A stretch of 64,000 nucleotides of DNA from Candidatus Falkowbacteria bacterium (GTDB taxonomy: Bacteria; Patescibacteriota; Patescibacteriia; CAIXNZ01). Shown one piece after another: positions 26,843 to 35,889 of this stretch. Location: contig CAVZGV010000003.1 in the NCBI GenBank assembly GCA_963774955.1, positions 320,771-384,770 of the forward strand. The letters run 5' to 3'. The notes beneath the pieces are model-generated. The model was given only the letters and a program-made list of their open reading frames with translations. It had not been told where the DNA came from and searched no databases. The translations under genes were made by a program, and so were the position numbers. Every line of letters starts with the position of its first letter. The first letter of the stretch is position 1.

Positions 26843-28033
26843 ATGAATATATTCTCCAATGATTATCTGGCTAATTTTTCCAATAAAAAACTGGCCACGG
26901 GCGGGCCGGCCAGGTTTGCCAAGGAATTTTCTGATTTTGCCGTAAAGCAGCGACATAACTGGAATGGCTTGTGTATAATAGCAAAAAGTGGAGCGCAAAA
27001 TCGTTTATCCAAGAAGCAATTTGGGCGCAAGACTTATTGGCAGTTTGTCATGAAGGGCAGAATATACAAACAGATCACAAAAGCCAAGTCTAAAATTGAT
27101 GTTTTACAAAAAACTCAGCCCTTAATTGATAAAATCTCAGCTTTGTTGAAGAAGACTTCTGCGGATATTGTGTTTTTAAATGGTTTTTCCGTGGCTAACT
27201 GGATAATTATGCAGGCTGCATTTAGTGTTAATAAGAAGATTGTTATTCAACACGCAGGTATTTGGACTAAGGAAGTTAATATGTATCGGCATTTTTTTTC
27301 TGCCTGGGGCCGGAGGCTGGTTTTACAAATGGAAAAGGATGTTGTTGCTTGTGTTGATCATCAGATATTTTTAAATGAATACAGCCGGGATGTCTATAGT
27401 AAGATAGTTAAAAAAGTATCCAAATCAAAAAGTCTGGTTATTCCCTTGCCCTTTTTAGGCCAGCAGTCTAGGCAAGTAAAATTTAAACCGGTAAATCCTC
27501 AGCAGGCTTTAAAAATCGGCATTGTTGCCCGTTGGGATAGGATAAAAAATCAAGAAGCGGTTTTGGCCCTGGCCAAAGAAATAAAAAAACAAAATTTGAA
27601 CTGGCAGATATATTCTGTTACAGTAATTCCAGAAACTAAGAAATTCCTAGATTTTAAAAAACAGTATCGTAGTTACATCAAGGTTATTCCGCCCATGCCG
27701 TATCAGGAGATTCCGAAATTTAATCGGATGATGGATCTGATGATTTTACCTTCTCATTTCGATGTTTCCCCTAATGTAGTCATGGAAGCCGCCAATGAAG
27801 GCCTGGCCACTTTAATTTCACCTTACGTCGGCTGGGTCAATGAGTATCGTCGTAGTGGCTGTTCAAGCTTGATTGTTGATTTTGCCAAGCCGGAAGCAGT
27901 CATTAAGGAGATAAAAAGGTTAAGCAATCCGCAATTAAGAAAGAAGATAAAAAATATGTTTGTAAATATAAGGAAAAAACATGATAAAAACAAAATATTT
28001 GCTGAATACTTAAAGCTCTTTAAAACCTTGTAG
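26843..28033 (+). CDS. Glycosyltransferase (GT-B, family 1/4-like), hypothetical.
   Basis: C-terminal half IGIVARWDRIKNQEAVLALAKE.. is GT4-like. Confidence 0.45.
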   Translation: MNIFSNDYLANFSNKKLATGGPARFAKEFSDFAVKQRHNWNGLCIIAKSGAQNRLSKKQFGRKTYWQFVMKGRIYKQITKAKSKIDVLQKTQPLIDKISALLKKTSADIVFLNGFSVANWIIMQAAFSVNKKIVIQHAGIWTKEVNMYRHFFSAWGRRLVLQMEKDVVACVDHQIFLNEYSRDVYSKIVKKVSKSKSLVIPLPFLGQQSRQVKFKPVNPQQALKIGIVARWDRIKNQEAVLALAKEIKKQNLNWQIYSVTVIPETKKFLDFKKQYRSYIKVIPPMPYQEIPKFNRMMDLMILPSHFDVSPNVVMEAANEGLATLISPYVGWVNEYRRSGCSSLIVDFAKPEAVIKEIKRLSNPQLRKKIKNMFVNIRKKHDKNKIFAEYLKLFKTL

Positions 28034-28058
28034 TTAATTATTAATTGATTTTTGCTTT

Positions 28059-29159
28059 ATGAGAATTGCTCAATTAGTTTATAATCTTCACCGCGTCTTT
28101 TCAGCGTCTAATAACGCTATTTACGGCCATGTAGGATATTTATGCGATCGTTTGGCTGATAGCGGACATGAGGTGACTCTGTTTGCGTCCGGTAATTCAG
28201 AAACTAGGGCCAAACTTGAATCTGTTTATCGCACTTCTTTTAATTTAGCCAATAAGCTGTCGGAACGGGAAAGGCGGCATTATAATCATTTATTAATTTC
28301 TAAATGTTATAATCAAGCCAGAAATTTTGATCTCATCCATACTCATTTTACTTTGCTTAGCTCGTATTATAGCGGTTTGGTGGATATCCCGACTTTGATT
28401 TCGATCCACAGCCCGATTATCAAAGAGATTAAGCCTTTTTTAAAGGCGTTCAGAAATAATTATTATGTGTCTTTTTCCTTGGCCCAACGCAAACAAATGC
28501 CGGATTTGAACTGGTTTGCCAACATTTATCATGGTGTGGACACTAAAAAATTTAGTTTTAATCCTAAACCCAAAGATTATTTTTTGTATTTAGGCAGAAT
28601 AACCGAGGAAAAAGGCGTGCATTTGGCTATTGCGGCTGCCAAAGCCGCTGAAGTCCCATTGATTATTGCTGGTGGTAGTTATTCCAGCGAAAGTTATTGG
28701 CACGAGGAAATCGAAAAAAATATTGATGGCACTAATATTATGTATGTTGGCGAAGCCAACCTGGAACAAAAAATAAAATATTTAAGAAATGCCAAGGCTG
28801 TTCTTTTCCCGACGCAGTATAACGAAGTTTTTGGTCTGGTCATGATTGAAGCTATGGCTTGCGGTACCCCTGTGATTGCCTGGCGAAACGGCTCAGTGCC
28901 AGAAGTAATTAAACATCGAAAAAACGGATATATTGTCAAAAGTGTTGATGATATGGTTAAAGCAATCAAGATGATTGATAAAATCAGCAGGCAGGAAACT
29001 AGAAAACGAGCCGAGGATTTTTTCAGTATTGAAAAAATGGTGGCCGGCTATGAAAAAGTTTACGCCAGGATTATAGAGGATAATTACAAAAATAAAAATC
29101 ATCAAAATAATAATGAGATTCTGCCAGTCTCGCAAAATATTCCTTTAATTAATGAATAA
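28059..29159 (+). CDS. Glycosyltransferase family 4.
   Basis: GRITEEKGVHLAIAAAKAAEVPLIIAGG and EVFGLVMIEAMACGTPVIAW match the EX7E motif region of GT4. Confidence 0.75.
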   Translation: MRIAQLVYNLHRVFSASNNAIYGHVGYLCDRLADSGHEVTLFASGNSETRAKLESVYRTSFNLANKLSERERRHYNHLLISKCYNQARNFDLIHTHFTLLSSYYSGLVDIPTLISIHSPIIKEIKPFLKAFRNNYYVSFSLAQRKQMPDLNWFANIYHGVDTKKFSFNPKPKDYFLYLGRITEEKGVHLAIAAAKAAEVPLIIAGGSYSSESYWHEEIEKNIDGTNIMYVGEANLEQKIKYLRNAKAVLFPTQYNEVFGLVMIEAMACGTPVIAWRNGSVPEVIKHRKNGYIVKSVDDMVKAIKMIDKISRQETRKRAEDFFSIEKMVAGYEKVYARIIEDNYKNKNHQNNNEILPVSQNIPLINE

Positions 29160-29607
29160 TATGTCAAAAAATAATTTATCTCATCAAGAAAAATCCGTTG
29201 CTGGCGGGAAAATTCATCGTTGCTCAGTCTGCGGTTATATTTACAAAGATGGCGAAGCTCCGCTAGAATGTCCGATTTGCCAAAATAAAGGGACTTTTGA
29301 TGAAGTTAAACCAGAAGCAGTTAATTATGAATTTTTTAAAGATTGTTGGACTCGCCAGGTTAAATGGATGAATGCCACTAAATATCAGGATGAGATTATG
29401 CTTAATCCTGACGAAAGTGTTTTGAAAATGCTGGCTGAAGCTGAAGGGAAATTTTTACTTGACGGTAAACAGGCCTACTGCCCGTGCCGCATTTTAACCG
29501 GCAATGAACTGGCTGACCGCAAAATCATTTGCCCGTGTTATTTTTACATGGGGGAAATTGAATTGCAGGGTAGGTGCCATTGTAGTTTATATTTGAAGAA
29601 AAAATAG
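29152..29607 (+). CDS. Rubredoxin-like zinc ribbon fused to a ferredoxin:thioredoxin reductase catalytic-subunit (FtrB) domain.
   Basis: CSVCGY..(x14)..CPICQ rubredoxin knuckles, then CPCR...CPCYFYM...CHC, the CPC-x-CPC-x-CHC arrangement of the FTR catalytic chain. Confidence 0.7.
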   Translation: MNNMSKNNLSHQEKSVAGGKIHRCSVCGYIYKDGEAPLECPICQNKGTFDEVKPEAVNYEFFKDCWTRQVKWMNATKYQDEIMLNPDESVLKMLAEAEGKFLLDGKQAYCPCRILTGNELADRKIICPCYFYMGEIELQGRCHCSLYLKKK

Positions 29608-29714
29608 GGCGAAAACGCCCGATCTTGTCACCCTGAGCATAGTCGAATGGGTGACGCCGTCGGAGTATGGTTCGACTAGGCTCACCATGACAACAAGAGC
29701 GGGCGTTTTCGCCC
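29608..29714. mobile_element. MITE copy 2 (same TIR family, different internal sequence).
   Basis: gggcgaaaacgcccgatcttgtcaccctgagcatagtcgaa ... ttcgactaggctcaccatgacaacaagagcgggcgttttcgccc; starts immediately after the stop codon at 29607. Confidence 0.8.
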
Positions 29715-29741
29715 AAATTAATAAAATAATTGAAATGAAAT

Positions 29742-30176
29742 ATGGAACGAAATAGTGAGGATAAAAAAGATAAGAAGAATCGAGTTTTAAAATTTACTAA
29801 AATTTTTTCTATAATTTTAATAATTTGGGGGAGTATTTTAGCGATTTTATCGGTTTTACTGGTGATTTTTTATATATTTTTACCGGAAAGTTTAGTTGCC
29901 GCTGGATCTAATAAGGAAGAAATAATTGATCTTTTAATCTTTGGAATCCCCGGGGCTATATATGGCTTAGTCGGAGGAATTGGTTTGTATAAATTAAAAA
30001 AATGGGCATTTTATTTTGTTTGCGGCTTGGGCGTCTATTATTTATTGATGGGTATATTTTATTTTTTGATTACATTGGATATTTCTAATATTGGAATTGG
30101 AGATGTTGTATTAGGTTTATGTTCAATTTATTTAATAAGAAACAGACAATATTTTTTTGAAAATGAAAAAGTATAA
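29742..30176 (+). CDS. Small membrane protein, hypothetical.
   Basis: Four predicted TM helices. Confidence 0.5.
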   Translation: MERNSEDKKDKKNRVLKFTKIFSIILIIWGSILAILSVLLVIFYIFLPESLVAAGSNKEEIIDLLIFGIPGAIYGLVGGIGLYKLKKWAFYFVCGLGVYYLLMGIFYFLITLDISNIGIGDVVLGLCSIYLIRNRQYFFENEKV

Positions 30177-30984
30177 TTTATTACAACTTAAAGAAATAGC
30201 CAATACTTTGCGTCAGGATGTAATTCACATGTTGGCCGAGGCAGGTTCAGGACATCCGGCCAGCGCTTTGGGTTTGGCTGATGTTTTTGCTGCCTTGTAT
30301 TTTAATATTTTAAAACATAATTTGAAAAACCCCAAGTGGGCACAGCGAGACCGTTTATGTTTATCCTGCGGCCATGTGGTACCCATACGCTACGCTGCCA
30401 TGGCGCGAGCAGGTTATTTCCCCTTGGCCTGGTTAAAGACATTACGAAAACTTGGTTCCAAATTGCAGGGACATCCTTCTTATCAAGATATGCCCGCTTT
30501 AGAATGTTCGTCAGGTCCTTTGGGTCAGGGCGTTTCAGTGGCCGTAGGCATGGCTTTGGCCGCTAAAATGAACAAACAAAAACATTTTATTTATTGCGTC
30601 ACCAGTGACGGGGAACAGGATGAGGGTCAGACCTGGGAAGCGGTTTTGTGCGCTGCCAAGTATAAGCTGGATAATTTAATTTTTATTTTGGACAGAAATA
30701 ATATTCAGATTGACGGGACGGCGGATAAAATTATGCCGCTAAAGCCTTTGTGTCAGAAATATGAAAAATTCAACTGGCATGTTTTACATATTGACGGTAA
30801 TAATATGAAAGAACTTTTAACCGGTTTTGCCAAGGCCAAGAAACTTAAAGGTAAACCGAAGGTTATGATTTGTCATACTGTGCCGGGTAAAGGGGTAAGC
30901 TTTATGGAAAATAAATGGGAGTGGCACGGCAAAGCGCCAAATCAAGACGAGGCCAGGAGAGCCTTAAGTGAATTAAATAAATAA
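30157..30984 (+). CDS. Transketolase, N-terminal (TPP-binding) subunit.
   Basis: ..SGHPASALGLADVFAALYF.., ..GPLGQGVSVAVGMALA.., ..SDGEQDEGQTWEA..; 275 aa. Confidence 0.85.
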   Translation: MKMKKYNLLQLKEIANTLRQDVIHMLAEAGSGHPASALGLADVFAALYFNILKHNLKNPKWAQRDRLCLSCGHVVPIRYAAMARAGYFPLAWLKTLRKLGSKLQGHPSYQDMPALECSSGPLGQGVSVAVGMALAAKMNKQKHFIYCVTSDGEQDEGQTWEAVLCAAKYKLDNLIFILDRNNIQIDGTADKIMPLKPLCQKYEKFNWHVLHIDGNNMKELLTGFAKAKKLKGKPKVMICHTVPGKGVSFMENKWEWHGKAPNQDEARRALSELNK

Positions 30985-30994
30985 ATATAAATTC

Positions 30995-32164
30995 ATGAGG
31001 ACAATTATTTCTCTATTTATTGTGATCACAATTTTAACCTCAGCCGTGGTCGGCGGTGCTGTTTATTACTGGCAGTTAACCGAGATTAACAATTTGCTGA
31101 ATCAAAATCAGATTGTTACTGACCAGCTTAATAAGCAGATTCAGGGTTTGCAGCAGCAATTGGCTGATTTACAGGCTAATACTAATACTCAAGCAGATAA
31201 TACTAATAATCAGCCGGTTCTTTCTATTGAGGACTGGGTAACAATGGTTGAAAATGATTTCGGTATTTCTTTTAAATACCCCAGAAATTATTTTATCTCC
31301 GGAAATCCTGATTCAAAGACGCCTTTATTAAAAATTGCCTCCCCCAATTTCAGTTCTGAATTAGTCGGCCAGCCGTTATTGGCAGTTATTAAGGGCAATG
31401 CCTTTTTTCTGGAGGAGATCATATATCAGGGCAATTTTGATTTGGATAAGATGATTGAGGATAGGTTATCCAAAAATCAAATGGCCGTGCCGGATCAAAA
31501 ACAATTACCCAAAGAAATAATCGGCAATTTTGAGTTTGCTTTATATACAGTAAACGGTTATGATGAGGCATTATTTTATAATGCCAATGATAAACGCGGC
31601 TGGAAAGTAGTTTCAGAAAGCGAAAATCCAGTTGCCGATCATACTCAGTTTCTAGAATTTTTAAATTCAATAAAAGATGTTGAGAATGTATCTGATCAGG
31701 TCTGGCAAACATATACAAATTCAGAATATAAATTTTCTTTGCAGTATCCCCAGGGCGATGAATTTACCATGACACCGATTGCTACGGCCGCTAGCCCAGT
31801 TTATGTTATTAAAGATCAAGTTCAAGACCATAATATGCTTATCCAAATCTGGGATAATCCACAATCTTTAGAACTTTTTGACTGGATGACATCTCTGCCG
31901 TCAGATCCATTGCCTCAGGATGCACCCCGAGACATTAATTATTATATTGATACCAGCACAATTGATATGCAGCCAGCTTTGCGTATTTGGACAGGCGGAA
32001 CCAGTAATTGGGATCAGCCGGGAGAGTGTTTTCAGGCTTGTCCGAGAATTGAAATTTATTTTACCCGTTATAATAAAGCTTTCAAGATTATTTCCAATGA
32101 ATCATTGACTCCGGAAGCCCAGGCTGAATTTGATAAAATGATTTTATCATTAAAATTTTTATAA
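30995..32164 (+). CDS. Hypothetical membrane-anchored protein with coiled coil; separates the two transketolase halves.
   Basis: N-terminal TM (IISLFIVITILTSAVVGGAVYYW) and Q-rich coiled coil (LNQNQIVTDQLNKQIQGLQQQLADLQ). Confidence 0.5.
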   Translation: MRTIISLFIVITILTSAVVGGAVYYWQLTEINNLLNQNQIVTDQLNKQIQGLQQQLADLQANTNTQADNTNNQPVLSIEDWVTMVENDFGISFKYPRNYFISGNPDSKTPLLKIASPNFSSELVGQPLLAVIKGNAFFLEEIIYQGNFDLDKMIEDRLSKNQMAVPDQKQLPKEIIGNFEFALYTVNGYDEALFYNANDKRGWKVVSESENPVADHTQFLEFLNSIKDVENVSDQVWQTYTNSEYKFSLQYPQGDEFTMTPIATAASPVYVIKDQVQDHNMLIQIWDNPQSLELFDWMTSLPSDPLPQDAPRDINYYIDTSTIDMQPALRIWTGGTSNWDQPGECFQACPRIEIYFTRYNKAFKIISNESLTPEAQAEFDKMILSLKFL

Positions 32165-33129
32165 TGTCTTCTGGTTTTCAAAAAAAAGAGATATTGAAAT
32201 CCTGTCGCGACGGGTTTGGCGAGGCGTTTTTGGCATTGGGGCAGAAGAATAAAAAAGTTGTCGTGGTTTCGGCTGATTTGGCTGAATCGACTAAATGTTT
32301 GGAATTTGGCAAAAAATATCCCAATCGTTTTTATGAAGTCGGCGTGGCTGAACAAAATATGGCTGGGGTGGCTGCTGGTTTGGCCCTAGAAGGTTTAATG
32401 CCATTTACCTGTTCCTATGCGGCTTTTAGCCCGGGACGAAACTGGGAACAAATTAGGGTTTCAATCTGTTATAATAATGTTAATGTAAAGATAGTCAGCT
32501 CTCATGCCGGCTTAAATGTCGGCGAGGACGGCGCGACTCATCAGGCGCTTGAGGATTTGGCTTTAATGCGCGTGTTACCAAATATGACCGTTATTGCGCC
32601 TTGCGACTATTTAGAAACAAAAAAGGCAGTTATGGCAGCCGCTAAAATCAAAGGGCCGGTTTATATCCGTTTCGGTCGGGAAAAATGCCAGGTGATTACT
32701 GAGACTAAAACACCATTTGTCATTGGTAAGGCCAATGTAATGCGATCAGGCAAAGATGTGACCATTATAGCCTGTGGACCAATGGTGGCTGAGGCCTTGA
32801 AGGCTGCCGAAGAATTGGCTAAACAAAAAATTTCAGCTGAAGTGATTAATTGTCATACAATTAAACCGATTGATAAGGCAACAATCATTAAATCAGCAAA
32901 AAAGACTAAAAAGGTAATTACGGTTGAAGAACACCAGGTTAATGGGGGATTAGGCAGTGCTGTGGCTGAAGTTTTAGCTCAAAATTACCCGGTGCCTATG
33001 AAGATAATTGGTATGCCGGATAAATTCGGGGAGTCGGGGACAGCGAAACAACTTTTGGATAAATATGGATTAACTTATAAAAATGTAATTAAAATAGTTA
33101 ATAACTTTTATGGAAAATCAAAAATTTGA
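32164..33129 (+). CDS. Transketolase, C-terminal (pyrimidine-binding/C-terminal) subunit.
   Basis: ..YEVGVAEQNMAGVAAGLA.., ..HAGLNVGEDGATHQALEDLALMRVLPNM.. Confidence 0.85.
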   Translation: MSSGFQKKEILKSCRDGFGEAFLALGQKNKKVVVVSADLAESTKCLEFGKKYPNRFYEVGVAEQNMAGVAAGLALEGLMPFTCSYAAFSPGRNWEQIRVSICYNNVNVKIVSSHAGLNVGEDGATHQALEDLALMRVLPNMTVIAPCDYLETKKAVMAAAKIKGPVYIRFGREKCQVITETKTPFVIGKANVMRSGKDVTIIACGPMVAEALKAAEELAKQKISAEVINCHTIKPIDKATIIKSAKKTKKVITVEEHQVNGGLGSAVAEVLAQNYPVPMKIIGMPDKFGESGTAKQLLDKYGLTYKNVIKIVNNFYGKSKI

Positions 33130-33355
33130 GACAAAGGATATTACTAAAAAGGTAATTGATCAATTTATTTCTGAATTTGAGGATTTAGCCACTGATCCTC
33201 GTTGGGATTATGATCCGCAAGTAGTTGAACATGTGCGACAAGGTAAAAAAATTCCTCATGACAGATGGGCAGAACAGCTTCTTATAAAGGTTGGCCAGGA
33301 TTTTCGGTTAAATCCGGATCAAATTGATGAATTAAAAAAGAAAATTTTTGAATAA
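33110..33355 (+). CDS. Hypothetical 81-aa protein.
   Basis: ORF in an operon context; no recognisable motif. Confidence 0.35.
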   Translation: MENQKFETKDITKKVIDQFISEFEDLATDPRWDYDPQVVEHVRQGKKIPHDRWAEQLLIKVGQDFRLNPDQIDELKKKIFE

Positions 33356-33366
33356 TAATTAAGGCT

Positions 33367-33831
33367 ATGAAGAAAAAAAACATTGTCGTATTATTACTAT
33401 TATTATTCTTTATCGCTATTTATATTGGTATCAGGATCTATGTGGGTATCTTTCCGTCTTCTTTTATATCCGAAGCCAAATGTGAAAAACCTTTAGTTAA
33501 TGTCTTATGCTTTAATGAAAATAACGGCAGCCGAGTAATCACTAAAGATAGAATATCTTGTAAATCAAATGAGGATTGTGGCGAGGAGAGTATGAATAAT
33601 TTTTGTGAACCTGGCGTGCCAGAAATTGATTTTCTTCAGAACTATTGTAATCCTTGGGTGAAGTGCGGTAGCGATGGATTCTGCAAAGGCTGTGAATGCG
33701 GCGGTTTGGCAGGGGTGCCGAAATTTTTGAGAACCTACTTGATATTAAATTTAATTGCTGTTATTGGCATTTTAATTAGCGCGTTGTTGCTTGTTTATTT
33801 GTCGGTTAAAAATAAATTTGTTAAAAAATAA
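33367..33831 (+). CDS. Cysteine-rich membrane protein (TM helix - Cys-rich ectodomain - TM helix).
   Basis: 12 Cys in ~90 aa between two hydrophobic helices. Confidence 0.5.
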   Translation: MKKKNIVVLLLLLFFIAIYIGIRIYVGIFPSSFISEAKCEKPLVNVLCFNENNGSRVITKDRISCKSNEDCGEESMNNFCEPGVPEIDFLQNYCNPWVKCGSDGFCKGCECGGLAGVPKFLRTYLILNLIAVIGILISALLLVYLSVKNKFVKK

Positions 33832-33842
33832 ATTATATATTT

Positions 33843-34763
33843 ATGTTAGTTACTACCAAACAAATTTTAGCCAAAGCCAATAAAGGTCATTACGCTGTCG
33901 GCGCCTTTAATACCAATAATTTGGAAATTACCCAGGCGATTATTGAAGCTGCCGAAGAGCTTAAAGCTCCGGTAATAATTCAGACGTCTGAAGGTGCGAT
34001 TAGTTATGCGGGTATCGATTATTTATTGGCCATAAATAAAGTGGCCAGTCAGGCTAAAGTTCCTGTTGCTATTCACCTGGATCATGGCAAGGATTTGAAA
34101 TTAATAAAAAAATGTATTGATAGCGGTTACACTTCAGTTATGTATGATGGCTCATCTTTGCCGGAAAAAGAAAATATCGCCAATACTAAAAAAGTTGTTA
34201 CTTGGGCGCATAAAAAGGGCGTTAGCGTGGAAGCTGAAATAGGGGCTTTGGCCGGGATTGAAGATTTTGTTTCTGTATCGGCTAAAGACGCGGCTCTTAC
34301 CAGTCCGGAACAGGCTTTAAAATTTGTTAAGGCAACCAAATGTGATAGTTTAGCTATTGCCATCGGGACTGCTCACGGAGCTTTTAAATTTAAAAAAGCT
34401 TGTCATTTGGATTTTGCACGTTTGAAAAGGATCAAAGCCAAAGTGAAAATGCCTTTAGTTTTGCATGGTGCTTCGGGGGTGCCGAGTGAATTGGTAAAAA
34501 TGGCCAATAAATATGGGGCTAAATTAGCTGATACTAAAGGTGTACCAGACAGCCAAATTAAGCAGGCGATTAAATATGGCATTAATAAAATTAATACTGA
34601 TACTGACTTGCGTATTGCTTTTACTGCTGCTTTGAGAAAAACTTTAAAGGATAATCCGGCCGAGTTTGACCCGCGTAAGATTTTAGGACCTGCTAGAGAT
34701 TTAATGAAAAAGGTGGTGATGCAGAGGATACGGGTTTTTGGGTCGGTTAATAAGGCGAAATAG
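33843..34763 (+). CDS. fba: Fructose-bisphosphate aldolase, class II.
   Basis: ..GAFNTNNLEITQAIIEAAEE..VIIQTSEGA.., ..HLDHG.., ..LVLHGASG.. Confidence 0.85.
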   Translation: MLVTTKQILAKANKGHYAVGAFNTNNLEITQAIIEAAEELKAPVIIQTSEGAISYAGIDYLLAINKVASQAKVPVAIHLDHGKDLKLIKKCIDSGYTSVMYDGSSLPEKENIANTKKVVTWAHKKGVSVEAEIGALAGIEDFVSVSAKDAALTSPEQALKFVKATKCDSLAIAIGTAHGAFKFKKACHLDFARLKRIKAKVKMPLVLHGASGVPSELVKMANKYGAKLADTKGVPDSQIKQAIKYGINKINTDTDLRIAFTAALRKTLKDNPAEFDPRKILGPARDLMKKVVMQRIRVFGSVNKAK

Positions 34764-34866
34764 GCAAAAATGCCCTTTGTCTGTCGTTGTCATTCAGAAC
34801 AGTACAAAGAATCCAGGACTACATAGATTCCACGCTTCGCTCTGAATGACAAAGAGCATTTTTGCT
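34763..34866. mobile_element. MITE copy 3 (diverged TIR ggcaaaaatgccctttgtc).
   Basis: ggcaaaaatgccctttgtctgtcgttgtcattcagaac ... ctctgaatgacaaagagcatttttgc; begins at the fba stop. Confidence 0.7.
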
Positions 34867-34914
34867 CGCATCATATTACTTATTACTTATTACCAAATTA
34901 ACCAATATAACCCT

Positions 34915-35889
34915 ATGAACTTCGATATCATCTCAATCGGGTCCGCCACAAAAGACGTTTATTTAATCAGTAAAGATTTTAAATTAATTAAATCCGGGAA
35001 ATTTTCCACCGGTTTCGGTGAATGTTTTAATTATGGCAGTAAACTGGATTTGGGTGATGTTTTTTTTGATATTGGAGGCGGGGCTACCAATTCGGCCTTT
35101 ACTTTTGCAAATTTGGGTTTAAAGGCTGGTGTCTGTAGCCGGGTAGGCAAGGATATCTTTGGCTTGGAAATCCTGCATCTTTTGGCGGATAAGGGGATTG
35201 CGTCTATGATTGTTACTGATCGAAAGTATAAAACGGCTTATTCCACTATCTTAGTCAAGCCTGAAGGCGACAGAACAATTTTGGTTTATCGCGGAGCCAG
35301 CGCTAATTTTTCCGCTAAAGATATTAACTGGTCAAAACTCAAGACTAAATGGATTTATTTATCATCAGTGGCCGGCAGTACCAGTTTGCTGGAACGTTTA
35401 TTTGCTTTTGTCCGAGCTAATAAAGTGAAAATCGCCTGGAATCCGGGCAATGCAGAATTAAAATTGGGCAAAGCGAAATTGTCTCGCTATATGAAAGACG
35501 CTTACATTTTTAATCTTAACCGAGAAGAAGCCCAGAAATTAACTGGCAAAAAAGAAATTAAGGATATATTTAAAGAGTTAAACCGTTTAAGTCCCGGTTA
35601 TAATATTGTGACTGAAGGCGCTAAGGGAGCCTATTTAAGCGATGGCATTCTGATTTATTATGCCTCGGCTTTGCCGTCAAAACTTATAAATACCACTGGC
35701 GCCGGTGATGCTTTTGGTTCCGGTTTTGCGACTGGTATGGCCTTAAAAAATGACTGGGATTATGCGTTACGGCTGGGTATTTTGAATGCCAACGGGGTTA
35801 TTCAAAGGATGGGGGCCAAAAACGGGCTTTTGACCAGTTTACCCAAAGCAGCCCTTTTAAACAGCGTGAAAATTACTATCGTGAAATAA
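34915..35889 (+). CDS. PfkB-family carbohydrate kinase (ribokinase-like).
   Basis: ..NTTGAGDAFGSGFATG.. C-terminal PfkB signature. The ORF's N-terminal extension overlaps the MITE, so the start is taken at MNFDIISIGS. Confidence 0.75.
   Translation: MNFDIISIGSATKDVYLISKDFKLIKSGKFSTGFGECFNYGSKLDLGDVFFDIGGGATNSAFTFANLGLKAGVCSRVGKDIFGLEILHLLADKGIASMIVTDRKYKTAYSTILVKPEGDRTILVYRGASANFSAKDINWSKLKTKWIYLSSVAGSTSLLERLFAFVRANKVKIAWNPGNAELKLGKAKLSRYMKDAYIFNLNREEAQKLTGKKEIKDIFKELNRLSPGYNIVTEGAKGAYLSDGILIYYASALPSKLINTTGAGDAFGSGFATGMALKNDWDYALRLGILNANGVIQRMGAKNGLLTSLPKAALLNSVKITIVK

Noticed and set aside
29608-29714. tRNA-like T-arm sequence (ggttcgactagg) inside MITE copy 2.
   Set aside because: No acceptor stem, anticodon arm or D-arm can be drawn around it. 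It is part of the MITE's internal inverted repeat.
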